DNA of 64,000 bases from Candidatus Poribacteria bacterium (GCA_022826805.1 JAJDUH010000044.1:92862-156861), one strand, 5' to 3'. Counted from the stretch's first letter, positions 9,669 through 17,918 are shown. The notes: generated from the sequence alone by a model not told the origin. Numbers and translations: made by a program.

Positions 9669-10936
9669 TTAGTTATTCACGGCACCTTCATCAATCCAGT
9701 CGATAAAGAGCTGGACCTGTTCCGCATTGAGAGATGGAGGGATAGGGGGCATGCCGCCACCGTCAATACGTTTAACTACAAGACTGTCTTTACCGTTACC
9801 AGGGATGAATGCTGCACCACCATTTCCACCTTTTTTGAAGGTATCGTATTGGTTGAGGTTAAGCCCCCGAGCTCCAAGTGCAGCATGGCACCCCGGAATG
9901 GCACACCGTTCGGCGAGAATAGGCTGAATATCGTTCTTAAAAGAGATTTTGACAATTTTTTCAAATATATGCGCGGGAGCGACTAAGGTTTTGATTTGCG
10001 TTCCAAACCTTCCATCTGTGTAATCAATTGCGCGAATTTTCCAGCCCTTGTTATCCTTCTTCAGTGCGGCAATCAGATCTCCCTTCTGATTGCCCCAATC
10101 ATACGTACCTCGCAAAACGGCCTCTTTGCCTCGACTATCAATAGCGATATAGGTAATGTCAACATTCATCTTCCCGCCGCGGAGCCGAAAAATTCCCACC
10201 CATGCCTTCGATACTGCCTTCGTTCCTTCGTTTTTTTCAAAGGTGCCAGCCCAAAATGCCCAAGCCGTAAAAATGTCTTTGCTCTCGTCTGAGAGCCAAA
10301 CCTTTGTGAGCGTATCCTCGTCTTGGTCGCCATGGGCGGCAGCGTACACTGCACAGAGGTCACGAATGGCTTGTTCCTCAGCCACAAAGTCGATAAACTC
10401 TGTCACAAAGGTAATATTGAAAGGTGCCGTCCAATTGTGGGATCCATCTGCAACGCGGATAGTGATTGTATAAACATGTCCGCCTATTAACTGCAATCCT
10501 GTTCCCAAATTATGGAATAATCTTGCTAATTCTACCTCTTTATTGCGCACAAAAGGTACCATCCCATATTAAGTCCTGTTGTGTTGTCAACGAGTTTTAT
10601 AAAATTCGTGGCAGCAATATCCTCACTAAAAGTGAAAATGAAGCGTTCTATATTTAGGTCAACATCTATATCCCCATGACGCACAGAACTATTGATGATC
10701 TGTGGGGCTATATTATCCATCAATTCTGCTGCTACCACAGGTTCAACAATAGGCTCTGGAACAGGCGGGTTCACCATCTCTATTTGAATTTCTGGAGTAG
10801 TTGTTTCTTTTTTATTTTCAGAAATTATTGGCGGAATTGGGAATATTGAATCAACATCACCATCATCGGTGCTTTGCGAAGTACACGCGATCAGACAACA
10901 CACCAGTAAACACACACACACAGAGTTGTATAGCAT
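9669..10936 (-). pseudogene. lipoprotein gene split by a -1 frameshift near 10556-10562 (lipobox + Ig-like domain + NTF2/SnoaL-like region + C-terminal PSCyt-type heme domain); pseudogene, sequencing error or recoding
   Basis: ORF 10532..10969 stops in the middle of an Ig-like domain (..LNMGW). ORF 9669..10562, in the -1 frame, continues the same domain (VPFVRNKEVELARL...ITFVTEF), matching both domains of the paralogue at 8778..9650. The start at 10936 is supported by AGGAGGTCGTATGCTATACAAC, which is duplicated at 11465. Confidence 0.6.
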
Positions 10937-10976
10937 ACGACCTCCTCTTAAAACTTCACTAGGCAGCACCGCATTA

Positions 10977-11465
10977 TTAGCGAAAAGAGAAGTTTGTCGT
11001 TAAATTTTTTACTAAAACGCCTTCCCAGATACCGGGTTCCCTTAATCGGTCTAATCTTACAAGCAAAATATCTTCATTCGTTATGACACGTCCAAGCTCC
11101 GGGGTTATACCTGGAGCAGCCTCAGCAAGAACGATCTGAATAAGAATTGAGTCGTTAATTTCTAATACCAATGTATAGTAGTATGCAAATGTCTTTTGAT
11201 TAATACTTTTTCGTCTATAATCGGATTTAGCTCTATCCAATTTACCGCTGATATACTCGCCTTGAAAATCAGGTAAACATTCAATAATGGGTTCAAGTAG
11301 GTTCTCTGACGAGTTGTTATTTTCGTTATTATCTCCCTGAGCCAGGTTATTATCTTCCTCAGCCCCTGTTGGCGGAACAGGAAATATCGGGTCATCCCTG
11401 TTCTGCGAAGTACAGGCAATAACGCAACACATCAACAGACACAGGCACAAAGCGTTGTATAGCAT
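10977..11465 (-). CDS. small lipoprotein, unknown function
   Basis: The 162-aa ORF has a lipobox (CCVIACTSQN). Its RBS, start and signal peptide nearly duplicate those of the next gene at the DNA level. Confidence 0.7.
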   Translation of the reverse strand: MLYNALCLCLLMCCVIACTSQNRDDPIFPVPPTGAEEDNNLAQGDNNENNNSSENLLEPIIECLPDFQGEYISGKLDRAKSDYRRKSINQKTFAYYYTLVLEINDSILIQIVLAEAAPGITPELGRVITNEDILLVRLDRLREPGIWEGVLVKNLTTNFSFR

Positions 11466-11473
11466 ACGACCTC

Positions 11474-12556
11474 CTACTGATTAATAAGCGTAAATGTATA
11501 GCGTATCGTAACACGTCTACTAATTGGTTCTCCACTCCATATAGCAGGATAGAAAATCGTTTTCTTCAACGCCTGAATCGCTGCTTCCTCCAGTCCAAAT
11601 CCGAGGTCTGTGAGTGCTACAATGTCTATCGGAATGCCCTTCTCATTGATAGTCGCTGCTAAAACGACTTCACCTATTTTGTCCGCGTTCTTTGCGTCCT
11701 CTGGATATTTCGGATCGACTTTGAATTTGTATTGGGGACCGGCTACCTCAATATGAGGATCGTAGTCAATACCACTCGCTCTGCTGACAAGTTCTGGAAT
11801 CCCTGACTCAATTCTGCTGGTTTGTGATCGCACTTGACGCGGTATATTCAGAGTGGGTGCCTGATAAAAGTTCAATCCAAAGCGATACAGCAATTCCGAA
11901 CTCTCGAACGAGAACTCAATACTCCCGATAGCACTCATCGTCTGGGACATCTCAAGTTCTACTCCCGCTTCGCCGGTAAAGAAATTCTGTGACGTGTTCA
12001 AATGCACTTGCTTAGTTGTAGAGACGTTATTCCACGCCTGCGTATAAAACATCCCAAAAAACGGTTTCAGACTCCACTCATAGTCTGTCTGTAGAATATG
12101 TAAAAAGCCTGCCCCCCCTCGGAGTGCCATGTTCACGGCGTGCAGCGGTAAGTTTCCAGTCCTAACAACATTCATATACTGCGTTCTAAAACCGCCCAAT
12201 ATGAAAAATTTCAAACCTGTCATGTTCATATCGTTGACGTTTAAAAGGCGAATATCAATAGAAGGACTCGGTGCTATCTCGTAGGGATTTTCGGTGTTAG
12301 CCTCAAAAAAAGAGACACCGGGCAGCAGCGATACCTTCAGATCACGGCTAAACGTATAATCGAGATTGCCTAAGATCGTTTGTGCACTAAAGCGGAAGGG
12401 GGCCTCGCTGCGTTTCGGAGGTCTATAACGTTGGTATCCCATACCAATTGCCATCTTTCCAGCTGGTAATCTATGAAAACCTGTCTGTGCAGATACGGAC
12501 ACGGAAAACATTACAAGTACAAAAAACAGGACAAAACCAAGAATTCGCTTATTCAA
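11474..12556 (-). CDS. TonB C-terminal domain protein with N-terminal beta-rich (outer-membrane-like) region
   Basis: The C-terminal 90 aa are TonB-C-like (PKYPEDAKNADKIGEVVLAATINEKG...IRYTFTL). I prefer a TTG start at 12556, with AAGGAG 10 nt upstream, giving the signal peptide NKRILGFVLFFVLVMFSVSVSA. The track ORF extends to 12616. Confidence 0.7.
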   Translation of the reverse strand: MNKRILGFVLFFVLVMFSVSVSAQTGFHRLPAGKMAIGMGYQRYRPPKRSEAPFRFSAQTILGNLDYTFSRDLKVSLLPGVSFFEANTENPYEIAPSPSIDIRLLNVNDMNMTGLKFFILGGFRTQYMNVVRTGNLPLHAVNMALRGGAGFLHILQTDYEWSLKPFFGMFYTQAWNNVSTTKQVHLNTSQNFFTGEAGVELEMSQTMSAIGSIEFSFESSELLYRFGLNFYQAPTLNIPRQVRSQTSRIESGIPELVSRASGIDYDPHIEVAGPQYKFKVDPKYPEDAKNADKIGEVVLAATINEKGIPIDIVALTDLGFGLEEAAIQALKKTIFYPAIWSGEPISRRVTIRYTFTLINQ

Positions 12557-12614
12557 TAGTGTATTTCTCCTTCCTTGATTACAATCAAATTCAGCACGCT
12601 GTTCCCGATGTAAC

Positions 12615-12664
12615 AAAAAATGCCCGCAACAAGCTACTGTCTAAAACAGAGCGCGTGCGGGGCA
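12615..12664 (-). terminator. terminator-like hairpin + T6 about 60 nt upstream of the TonB-like gene
   Basis: In minus sense the sequence is TGCCCCGCA...TGCGGGCA followed by TTTTTT. Its role, as insulator or attenuator, is unknown. Confidence 0.4.
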
Positions 12665-12741
12665 CGAAGCCATCCCATCTTGCATTTAACAGTGAGATAA
12701 AGATATGTATTAATAAAATACTTAACAGAGAATAAGTTGAC

Positions 12742-12749
12742 GGGGGGGG
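12742..12749. repeat. homopolymeric G8 tract in the 500-bp AT-rich region upstream of the surface operon
   Basis: The run was counted directly (cGGGGGGGGt). Confidence 0.9.
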
Positions 12750-12979
12750 TAAATCCTAACTTGATAAACTAAACAACCTGAAACACACAAACATGCCATA
12801 GAAATTCGCACAGCCGGAACAATACCCTGTGTACAAGCTGAGACTTGCGATAGAAAACTAACGGTGTGCATCTTCATATCTGTTACCTTGCAAGAATGTG
12901 ATTGTTCAGTAATCTGTAAGGTCTATAAATATTATACAGAAACTTAAAATAATTGTCAATTTTTTTTGAAACCCGCAAA

Positions 12980-13063
12980 AAAATGTAAGGCAAAGACAAA
13001 TTTTGCGGCGTAAATCAGAATCAAAATCAACGGTATGAATGCCTTATGGCATGAACTGCGGGC
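12980..13063 (+). repeat. H-family mosaic hairpin element, copy H1 (modules AATGTAAGGCAAAGACAAATT + AATCAGAATCAAAATCAACGGTAT + hairpin GAATGCC-ttat-GGCAT)
   Basis: Modules are shared with the copies at 14634, 17706(-), 30865, 33429, 54329(-) and 60157(-). Confidence 0.75.
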
Positions 13064-13116
13064 AAAATTTGGTCCATCAACAATGGTTGAAATCAGAGCA
13101 CTAATGTGTCCAGTTT

Positions 13117-13758
13117 TTACATTGCGGTTTCATATGTGAGGTAGTAGTATCCAGATGCCTCAACGACCTGTGTACTTGCTAACCCTACAGCTTCCTTGAA
13201 AAACGGGGCATCTAATACCCACGTGTGGTATTCACCTTGTTCTCCGCAAAGATCAATTGGTAACTGCTTTAACTCTAAGATGAGTTCCGCATCCAAATAT
13301 CTACCGGCGATAGTAGATTGGAAATATTTTTTGTAGGCGAGAGAGCAGACGACTTTAAATTGGTTGGCGATCAGTGTCTCTAATATCGCCTCCCGATCCA
13401 ATTCCCACAGCGGTTTATCAACATCCACCAAACCGGCAGCGACGCCATCAATCCAATTGGGCATTCCATCCACAATAGAAATGTCCCCGGTAATCAATAC
13501 TTCAATCCCATTGTCTCTTATAGTCTTAATTTGTTGACGATAACTCAATTCATAAGGCTCAGAAATCGGCATGAATTCAATAGGAATCCCGATTTTTCGC
13601 GCTTGTAAGGTCATGAGTTGTGTCGGGTGTGCATAGAATTGCCGGTTATCTGCTGGGACAAAACAGACAAGCCGCCTTATATCGTAAAGATTTAAGGAGA
13701 CTTGAAGTGCAAGGGCAGAATCTTTCCCACCCGTCCACAGGACCGCTGCTTGCTTCAT
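13117..13758 (-). CDS. PP-loop ATP pyrophosphatase, Dph6/MJ0570-like (DUF71) family
   Basis: The PP-loop is WTGGKDSALAL, and the family motif GEQGEYHT is present. Confidence 0.8.
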   Translation of the reverse strand: MKQAAVLWTGGKDSALALQVSLNLYDIRRLVCFVPADNRQFYAHPTQLMTLQARKIGIPIEFMPISEPYELSYRQQIKTIRDNGIEVLITGDISIVDGMPNWIDGVAAGLVDVDKPLWELDREAILETLIANQFKVVCSLAYKKYFQSTIAGRYLDAELILELKQLPIDLCGEQGEYHTWVLDAPFFKEAVGLASTQVVEASGYYYLTYETAM

Positions 13759-13771
13759 AATATTGCTAAAA

Positions 13772-14539
13772 TTATCCGTCTAAAGGTACTACATCAGCAT
13801 AGACGTATGTGGGCGAGGTGTTGTTTCGTGAGTGAATTTTGTCATCCTTGTCTTTAGCAGAGACAATATCCCTCTGAACAACCTGACCCGGTTTCGCGGC
13901 AACAGGCGAACTAAACATAGGTCCATCAACGACACATGTATGGAATTCACCGTTTTCGCCGAGTGGATCCACGCCATCTGGCAAATCTGCAAGGAGGTCA
14001 GCATCAAACCATCGTCCCGCAAAGTTGGCAGGTACCTTGGTAGGATTGAGTGCTGTGACAATCGCGCGCATGCCAGAGGTAATCATTTTTTCAGCAAGCT
14101 GGGTAGTATCCTCACCCCATACCGGAAAGATCGGTGTGAAGCCAGTTCCTTTGAGTTTATCCTCGCGGTATTCACGGATGTCTTCGAGGAACAGATCCCC
14201 GAACGCGAAATGTGATGCTCCCAAATGCTCAGGCAACGCTTCTACCTCGGCAAGAAACTTTCGCATCGCTGCCTCGTAAATTGCATTAGAACACGGATAA
14301 GGAATTGGTATCTCGTACAACGGCACCCCAAGCTTCTCAGATTGCTGTTTCAGCACCCACGCCGGCGTAGAGTGAATAGACACACGGTCAAACGTCTTTG
14401 TGACGGTGGTAAAGATACCGCGCACGTCATAGTGGTCCGGCTGCTGCCGTAGCGTATGTAGTGCCCATGCGGAATCTTTACCAGAAGACCAAGAAACCAA
14501 AACCGGCATGGGTGTTGTTTCGTTCGTCTGCTTTGTCAT
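13772..14539 (-). CDS. PP-loop ATP pyrophosphatase, Dph6/MJ0570-like (DUF71) family, tandem paralogue
   Basis: The PP-loop is WSSGKDSAWAL, and the family motif GENGEFHT is present. Confidence 0.8.
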   Translation of the reverse strand: MTKQTNETTPMPVLVSWSSGKDSAWALHTLRQQPDHYDVRGIFTTVTKTFDRVSIHSTPAWVLKQQSEKLGVPLYEIPIPYPCSNAIYEAAMRKFLAEVEALPEHLGASHFAFGDLFLEDIREYREDKLKGTGFTPIFPVWGEDTTQLAEKMITSGMRAIVTALNPTKVPANFAGRWFDADLLADLPDGVDPLGENGEFHTCVVDGPMFSSPVAAKPGQVVQRDIVSAKDKDDKIHSRNNTSPTYVYADVVPLDG

Positions 14540-14633
14540 TATTAAACCTTTCTATTACAGGACTTACGCAAATTGAGCAAATATCGGACATTTGGACCCA
14601 AAAAAGCGGTATTTTCTATATTTTTAACCCCCT

Positions 14634-14698
14634 CAAAAATCAACGGTATGAATGCCGTGTGGCATTCACCGCCCCTTATCAGGGGGACTTTAAGAAGC
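14634..14698 (+). repeat. H-family element, copy H2 (TCAACGGTAT + GAATGCC-gtgt-GGCATTC + terminal CCCCTTATCAGGGGGACTTTAAGAAG)
   Basis: The modules were compared directly with H3. Confidence 0.75.
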
Positions 14699-14719
14699 AG
14701 TGCGTAAGTACTATATTAT

Positions 14720-15283
14720 CTATAGTGCCAAAAAGTTATCCAGTAAGCTCTTTCCAGCAGCTGTCAAAATTGACTCCGGATGAAACTGCACACCCCAGAT
14801 AGGTAGCGTTTTGTGCCGAAGCCCCATGATTTCGTCCTGATCTGTCCATGCTGTAACCTCAAGGCAATCCGGCAGCGTCTCCTTCCGAACGATGAGCGAA
14901 TGGTAGCGCGTCGCCTCAAACGGGTTATCCAACCCTTCAAAAAGATCTGCCCCGTTATGGATTATCATAGAGGTCTTGCCGTGCATCAACCGATCCGCAC
15001 GAACGACATCTCCCCCGAATACATCACCGATGCATTGGTGCCCAAGACAGACCCCTAAAATTGGGACCTTTCCAGCAAAGTGCTTTATGACATCGTTGGA
15101 TATACCTGCTTCCCGCGGTGTACAAGGACCTGGGGATATTACAATCCGCTCCGGTTCCAGGGCGTCTAAGGCGTTCAATCCTATTTTTCGACTCCGATGA
15201 ACTTCCAATTCAGCACCGAGTTCGCCCAGATACTGCACGAGATTGTAGGTAAAGGAGTCGTAGTTGTCAATCATTAAAACCAT
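14720..15283 (-). CDS. trpG: anthranilate synthase component II / aminodeoxychorismate synthase glutamine amidotransferase
   Basis: The sequence is TrpG/PabA-like ([31 protein letters not shown]). The start was moved to the ATG at 15283. The track ORF extends upstream through non-homologous sequence. Confidence 0.9.
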   Translation of the reverse strand: MVLMIDNYDSFTYNLVQYLGELGAELEVHRSRKIGLNALDALEPERIVISPGPCTPREAGISNDVIKHFAGKVPILGVCLGHQCIGDVFGGDVVRADRLMHGKTSMIIHNGADLFEGLDNPFEATRYHSLIVRKETLPDCLEVTAWTDQDEIMGLRHKTLPIWGVQFHPESILTAAGKSLLDNFLAL

Positions 15284-15458
15284 CTTTTTAATTTTCCTTG
15301 CGGTTCGATGAAATGGGTTTGGACCTTGAGGTTCTTCTCCGCAGAGATGAAGAAACACCCAAGCAAACCCTTCCACTTCGTTTCAGGCTTGCGATCTTTA
15401 GAAACCAAAAGGAAGAAAGTTTTTTGTTCCTTTAACGACAAAAATCGACGATTATTCC

Positions 15459-16964
15459 TCACAATAAGAAACCTTGCTCTGCCAATGCAATAGCACTGAG
15501 CATTGCTCGCGCCTTACTGACGGTTTCGTAATACTCAGTTTCAGGAACTGAATCAGCAACGATACCACCACCTGCTTGCACATAAGCGGTGCCATCTTTG
15601 ATGACCGCGGTTCGGATCGTAATCGCTGTGTCTGCACTACCGGAAAAACTGAAATACCCCACCGTTCCGCCATACGTGCCACGCCGCGTCGGTTCAAGTT
15701 CATCAATGATTTCCATTGCGCGTATTTTCGGGGCACCAGAGAGCGTTCCAGCGGGAAGACAGGCGCGCAGCACATCAAAAGCCGTCAGATCCTCCCGTAA
15801 TTGTCCAATGACATGTGAAACGATGTGCATCACATGCGAAAAACGCTCAACGATCATAAGGTCGGTCACTTCAACGGTGTGATATTCACAGACCCTTCCG
15901 AGATCATTCCGTCCCAAATCAACAAGCATTACGTGCTCTGCCCGTTCCTTTGGATCGGAGAGAAGCTGCTGCTCCAATTCCCGATCCTCCTCAGGAGTTG
16001 TACCACGCGGGCGTGTCCCTGCAATTGGAACGGTCTGGACGAGCCGATCTTCCACTCTCACCATCATTTCCGGTGATGCCCCCACAATATCAAAACCATC
16101 AAACTTCAAATAATACATATACGGTGACGGATTGACCATTCGCAATGCCCGATATATTTCAAACGAATCTACAGACACCGGACAACTGAACCGCTGCGAA
16201 GGCACGACCTGGATGATGTCGCCTGCGGCTATGTATTCCTTAGCACGCCTGACCGCGGCTTCGTAATCGGATTTCGTAAAATTCGATTGGGGGTCGGATA
16301 TAATTTTCTCATACCCCTCCTGCCCCTCGCCGCTATTGGTGTGTAAACGCGTTTCAGAAACAGCTGCAAGTTTCTCGACCAACGCCTTAATCTTCGCAAC
16401 AGCATCTGCATAAGCCGCATCTACATCCCCATCAATATGTGCGTTCGCCACAACCTTGATCTGATGGTTCACATGATCAAATATCAACATTGTCTCAGCA
16501 ATCATGAAGAAGCAATCCGGAAGCTGCAGTTCATCTTCGGTATTATCTGGCAATTCCTCGACAAAACGCACCATATCATAACTCATATAACCGACTGCAC
16601 CACCGTGGAATTTTGGTAGTTCCTCATTGTCAACAGGTCGGTAATTCTGCATCAATTCCTCAAGAGCACTCAAAGGATCTTCACACTCTTGAACTACGGT
16701 TTCGTCTTTTTCCAAATATTCAATGGTAACCCGATGCCCTTTACTATAGAAAAGCACCGAGGGTTGACTTCCCAAGAAAGAGTAGCGTGCAACATTTTCA
16801 CCCCCTTCAACGCTTTCGAGTAAGAACGTATAATTATCTGGCATCAACTTGTAAAAAGCAGACACCGGCGTCTCCATATCCGCTAAAATCGATCGATATA
16901 CCGGTATTGTGTTTCCTGATTTTGCTTCCTCGCGAAAGTCTTCCAACGTCGGATAATACATCAT
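15459..16964 (-). CDS. trpE: anthranilate synthase component I
   Basis: The 501-aa ORF is TrpE-like throughout (LESVEGGE..., GAPKIRAMEII..E...RG.YGG). Confidence 0.95.
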   Translation of the reverse strand: MMYYPTLEDFREEAKSGNTIPVYRSILADMETPVSAFYKLMPDNYTFLLESVEGGENVARYSFLGSQPSVLFYSKGHRVTIEYLEKDETVVQECEDPLSALEELMQNYRPVDNEELPKFHGGAVGYMSYDMVRFVEELPDNTEDELQLPDCFFMIAETMLIFDHVNHQIKVVANAHIDGDVDAAYADAVAKIKALVEKLAAVSETRLHTNSGEGQEGYEKIISDPQSNFTKSDYEAAVRRAKEYIAAGDIIQVVPSQRFSCPVSVDSFEIYRALRMVNPSPYMYYLKFDGFDIVGASPEMMVRVEDRLVQTVPIAGTRPRGTTPEEDRELEQQLLSDPKERAEHVMLVDLGRNDLGRVCEYHTVEVTDLMIVERFSHVMHIVSHVIGQLREDLTAFDVLRACLPAGTLSGAPKIRAMEIIDELEPTRRGTYGGTVGYFSFSGSADTAITIRTAVIKDGTAYVQAGGGIVADSVPETEYYETVSKARAMLSAIALAEQGFLL

Positions 16965-16976
16965 AGCTCCTTGGAA

Positions 16977-17145
16977 TGGCTATCGGTGGTCAGGTCGGGT
17001 TGCCGCGCAACCCTTTCAGCCGTCAGGGATCAGTTATCGGACACGAGAACATTGTGGCAGGTAAAACCTTAGCAACTGCCAAAACACTGAACTGAAGATT
17101 GATAACTAATAATCGAAAGCGAACAAAGTGAGCAACCCGATAGCC
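16977..17145 (-). repeat. L-family element, copy L2, bounded by terminal inverted repeats GGCTATCGG / CCGATAGCC
   Basis: In minus sense the core variant is GGGTTGCTCACTTTGTTCGCTTTCG. The arms are CAGTTATCGG-type. The central module AACATTGTGGCAGGTAAAACCTT is shared with L3. Confidence 0.65.
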
Positions 17146-17149
17146 TTTG

Positions 17150-17530
17150 CTAATAGACAGCATCTGCATCGAAAATCTTTTCACCTACTACACGCGTTGA
17201 CTCTCCGTCGGGAGAGACTTCTCGAAAGAAGCAGGAACGATAGCCAACATGACACGCTGCGACCTTTTGCTCAACTTTAATGAGCAGGGCATCGCCGTCA
17301 CAATCAATCGCGACAGACTTAACCGTCTGTGTATGCCCTGAAGTCTCCCCCTTTATCCAGAGTTTCTGACGGGAACGGCTCCAGAAGCAGACGCGCCCGG
17401 TTGTTAGCGTCTCTTTTACTGCTTCCGTATTCATATAGCCTACCATCAAAATTTCGTTGTTCGTGTAATCTTGAATGACTGCAACGACTAAACCGTCACT
17501 GTTATATTTAAGTTCCGATAGAATGTCCAT
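17150..17530 (-). CDS. hisI: phosphoribosyl-AMP cyclohydrolase
   Basis: The sequence is HisI-like (GLVVAVIQD..., MVGYMN.EA...T...G...FWSRSR..LW.KGE.SG). The ATG at 17530 has GGAGAA upstream. The track ORF is N-terminally over-extended. Confidence 0.9.
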   Translation of the reverse strand: MDILSELKYNSDGLVVAVIQDYTNNEILMVGYMNTEAVKETLTTGRVCFWSRSRQKLWIKGETSGHTQTVKSVAIDCDGDALLIKVEQKVAACHVGYRSCFFREVSPDGESTRVVGEKIFDADAVY

Positions 17531-17575
17531 CTGGGTTCTCCTTTCAAAAGCAAGTTCTGGAAATCTATGCACTTT

Positions 17576-17620
17576 GCAAAAAAAACACCTTATGCTGCCG
17601 GGCTCGGTGTGCATAAGGCT
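17576..17620 (-). terminator. strong intrinsic terminator 45 nt upstream of hisI (candidate attenuator)
   Basis: In minus sense the sequence is CCTTATGC-15 nt-GCATAAGG followed by GTTTTTTTT (A8 on the plus strand at 17578-17585). Confidence 0.7.
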
Positions 17621-17669
17621 TCAATAGGATTTAAAAATAAAAAACGACGATCTTCAATCTCTGTTTTAG

Positions 17670-17810
17670 TTATCCATTTGAGCGCACACTCCCCAGCAAG
17701 CAATTGGAATGCCACCAAATTCTGCCCACACGGGCAGAATTTGTCTTTGCTTCACATTGCCAATGTTCGGATACGCTGTGCAAGTTGGAGTGTGAACGTA
17801 CAAGTGTCAT
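17670..17810 (-). CDS. candidate 46-codon leader ORF containing Trp-Trp-His (speculative)
   Basis: I translated the minus strand by hand as MTLVRSHSNLHSVSEHWQCEAKTNSARVGRIWWHSNCLLGSVRSNG. The WWH codons lie at 17709-17717. The Shine-Dalgarno is weak, and the ORF overlaps an H-family repeat copy. Confidence 0.3.
   Translation of the reverse strand: MTLVRSHSNLHSVSEHWQCEAKTNSARVGRIWWHSNCLLGSVRSNG
17706..17760 (-). repeat. H-family element, copy H7 (AATGTGAAGCAAAGACAAATT + hairpin AATTCTGCCC-gtgt-GGGCAGAATT)
   Basis: The module matches H1 at 19 of 21 positions. A perfect 10-bp stem is present. Confidence 0.65.
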
Positions 17811-17889
17811 GTTTATCACTCTTTGCAAATAGATCAACAACTGTTAAATACGCGCCTTCATCTGTGTCGCATTTCAAAGACTGACATTA

Positions 17890-17918
17890 ATAATAACACA
17901 TCTGCCTTACATTGTCAA
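17890..17918 (-). promoter_or_regulatory. sigma70-like promoter for the hisI-trpEG leader
   Basis: In minus sense the sequence is TTGACA, a 17-nt spacer, then TGtTATTAT. Confidence 0.55.

Noticed and set aside
12980-13003. I considered whether the AATGTAAGGCAAAGACAAATT module carries a promoter, because the hisI-leader promoter spacer contains AATGTAAGGCA.
   Set aside because: Only 11 nt are shared with the promoter spacer. The other copies lack adjacent -35 and -10 hexamers, so the overlap is probably coincidental.
15284-15376. The track gives N-terminal extensions for trpG, and likewise for hisI to 17614, clpP to 52388, clpX to 51612, the S4 protein to 47346, LamG from 58561, GGCT from 59366, and the RHH gene to 26934.
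   Set aside because: The extensions have no similarity to the respective families. Internal ATGs with better SD sequences coincide with the start of homology.
17567-17884. A 105-aa plus-strand ORF lies in the hisI/riboswitch divergent region.
   Set aside because: It runs antisense through the minus-strand terminator, leader and H7 repeat. It has no SD and no homology cues, and the region is better explained as regulatory.
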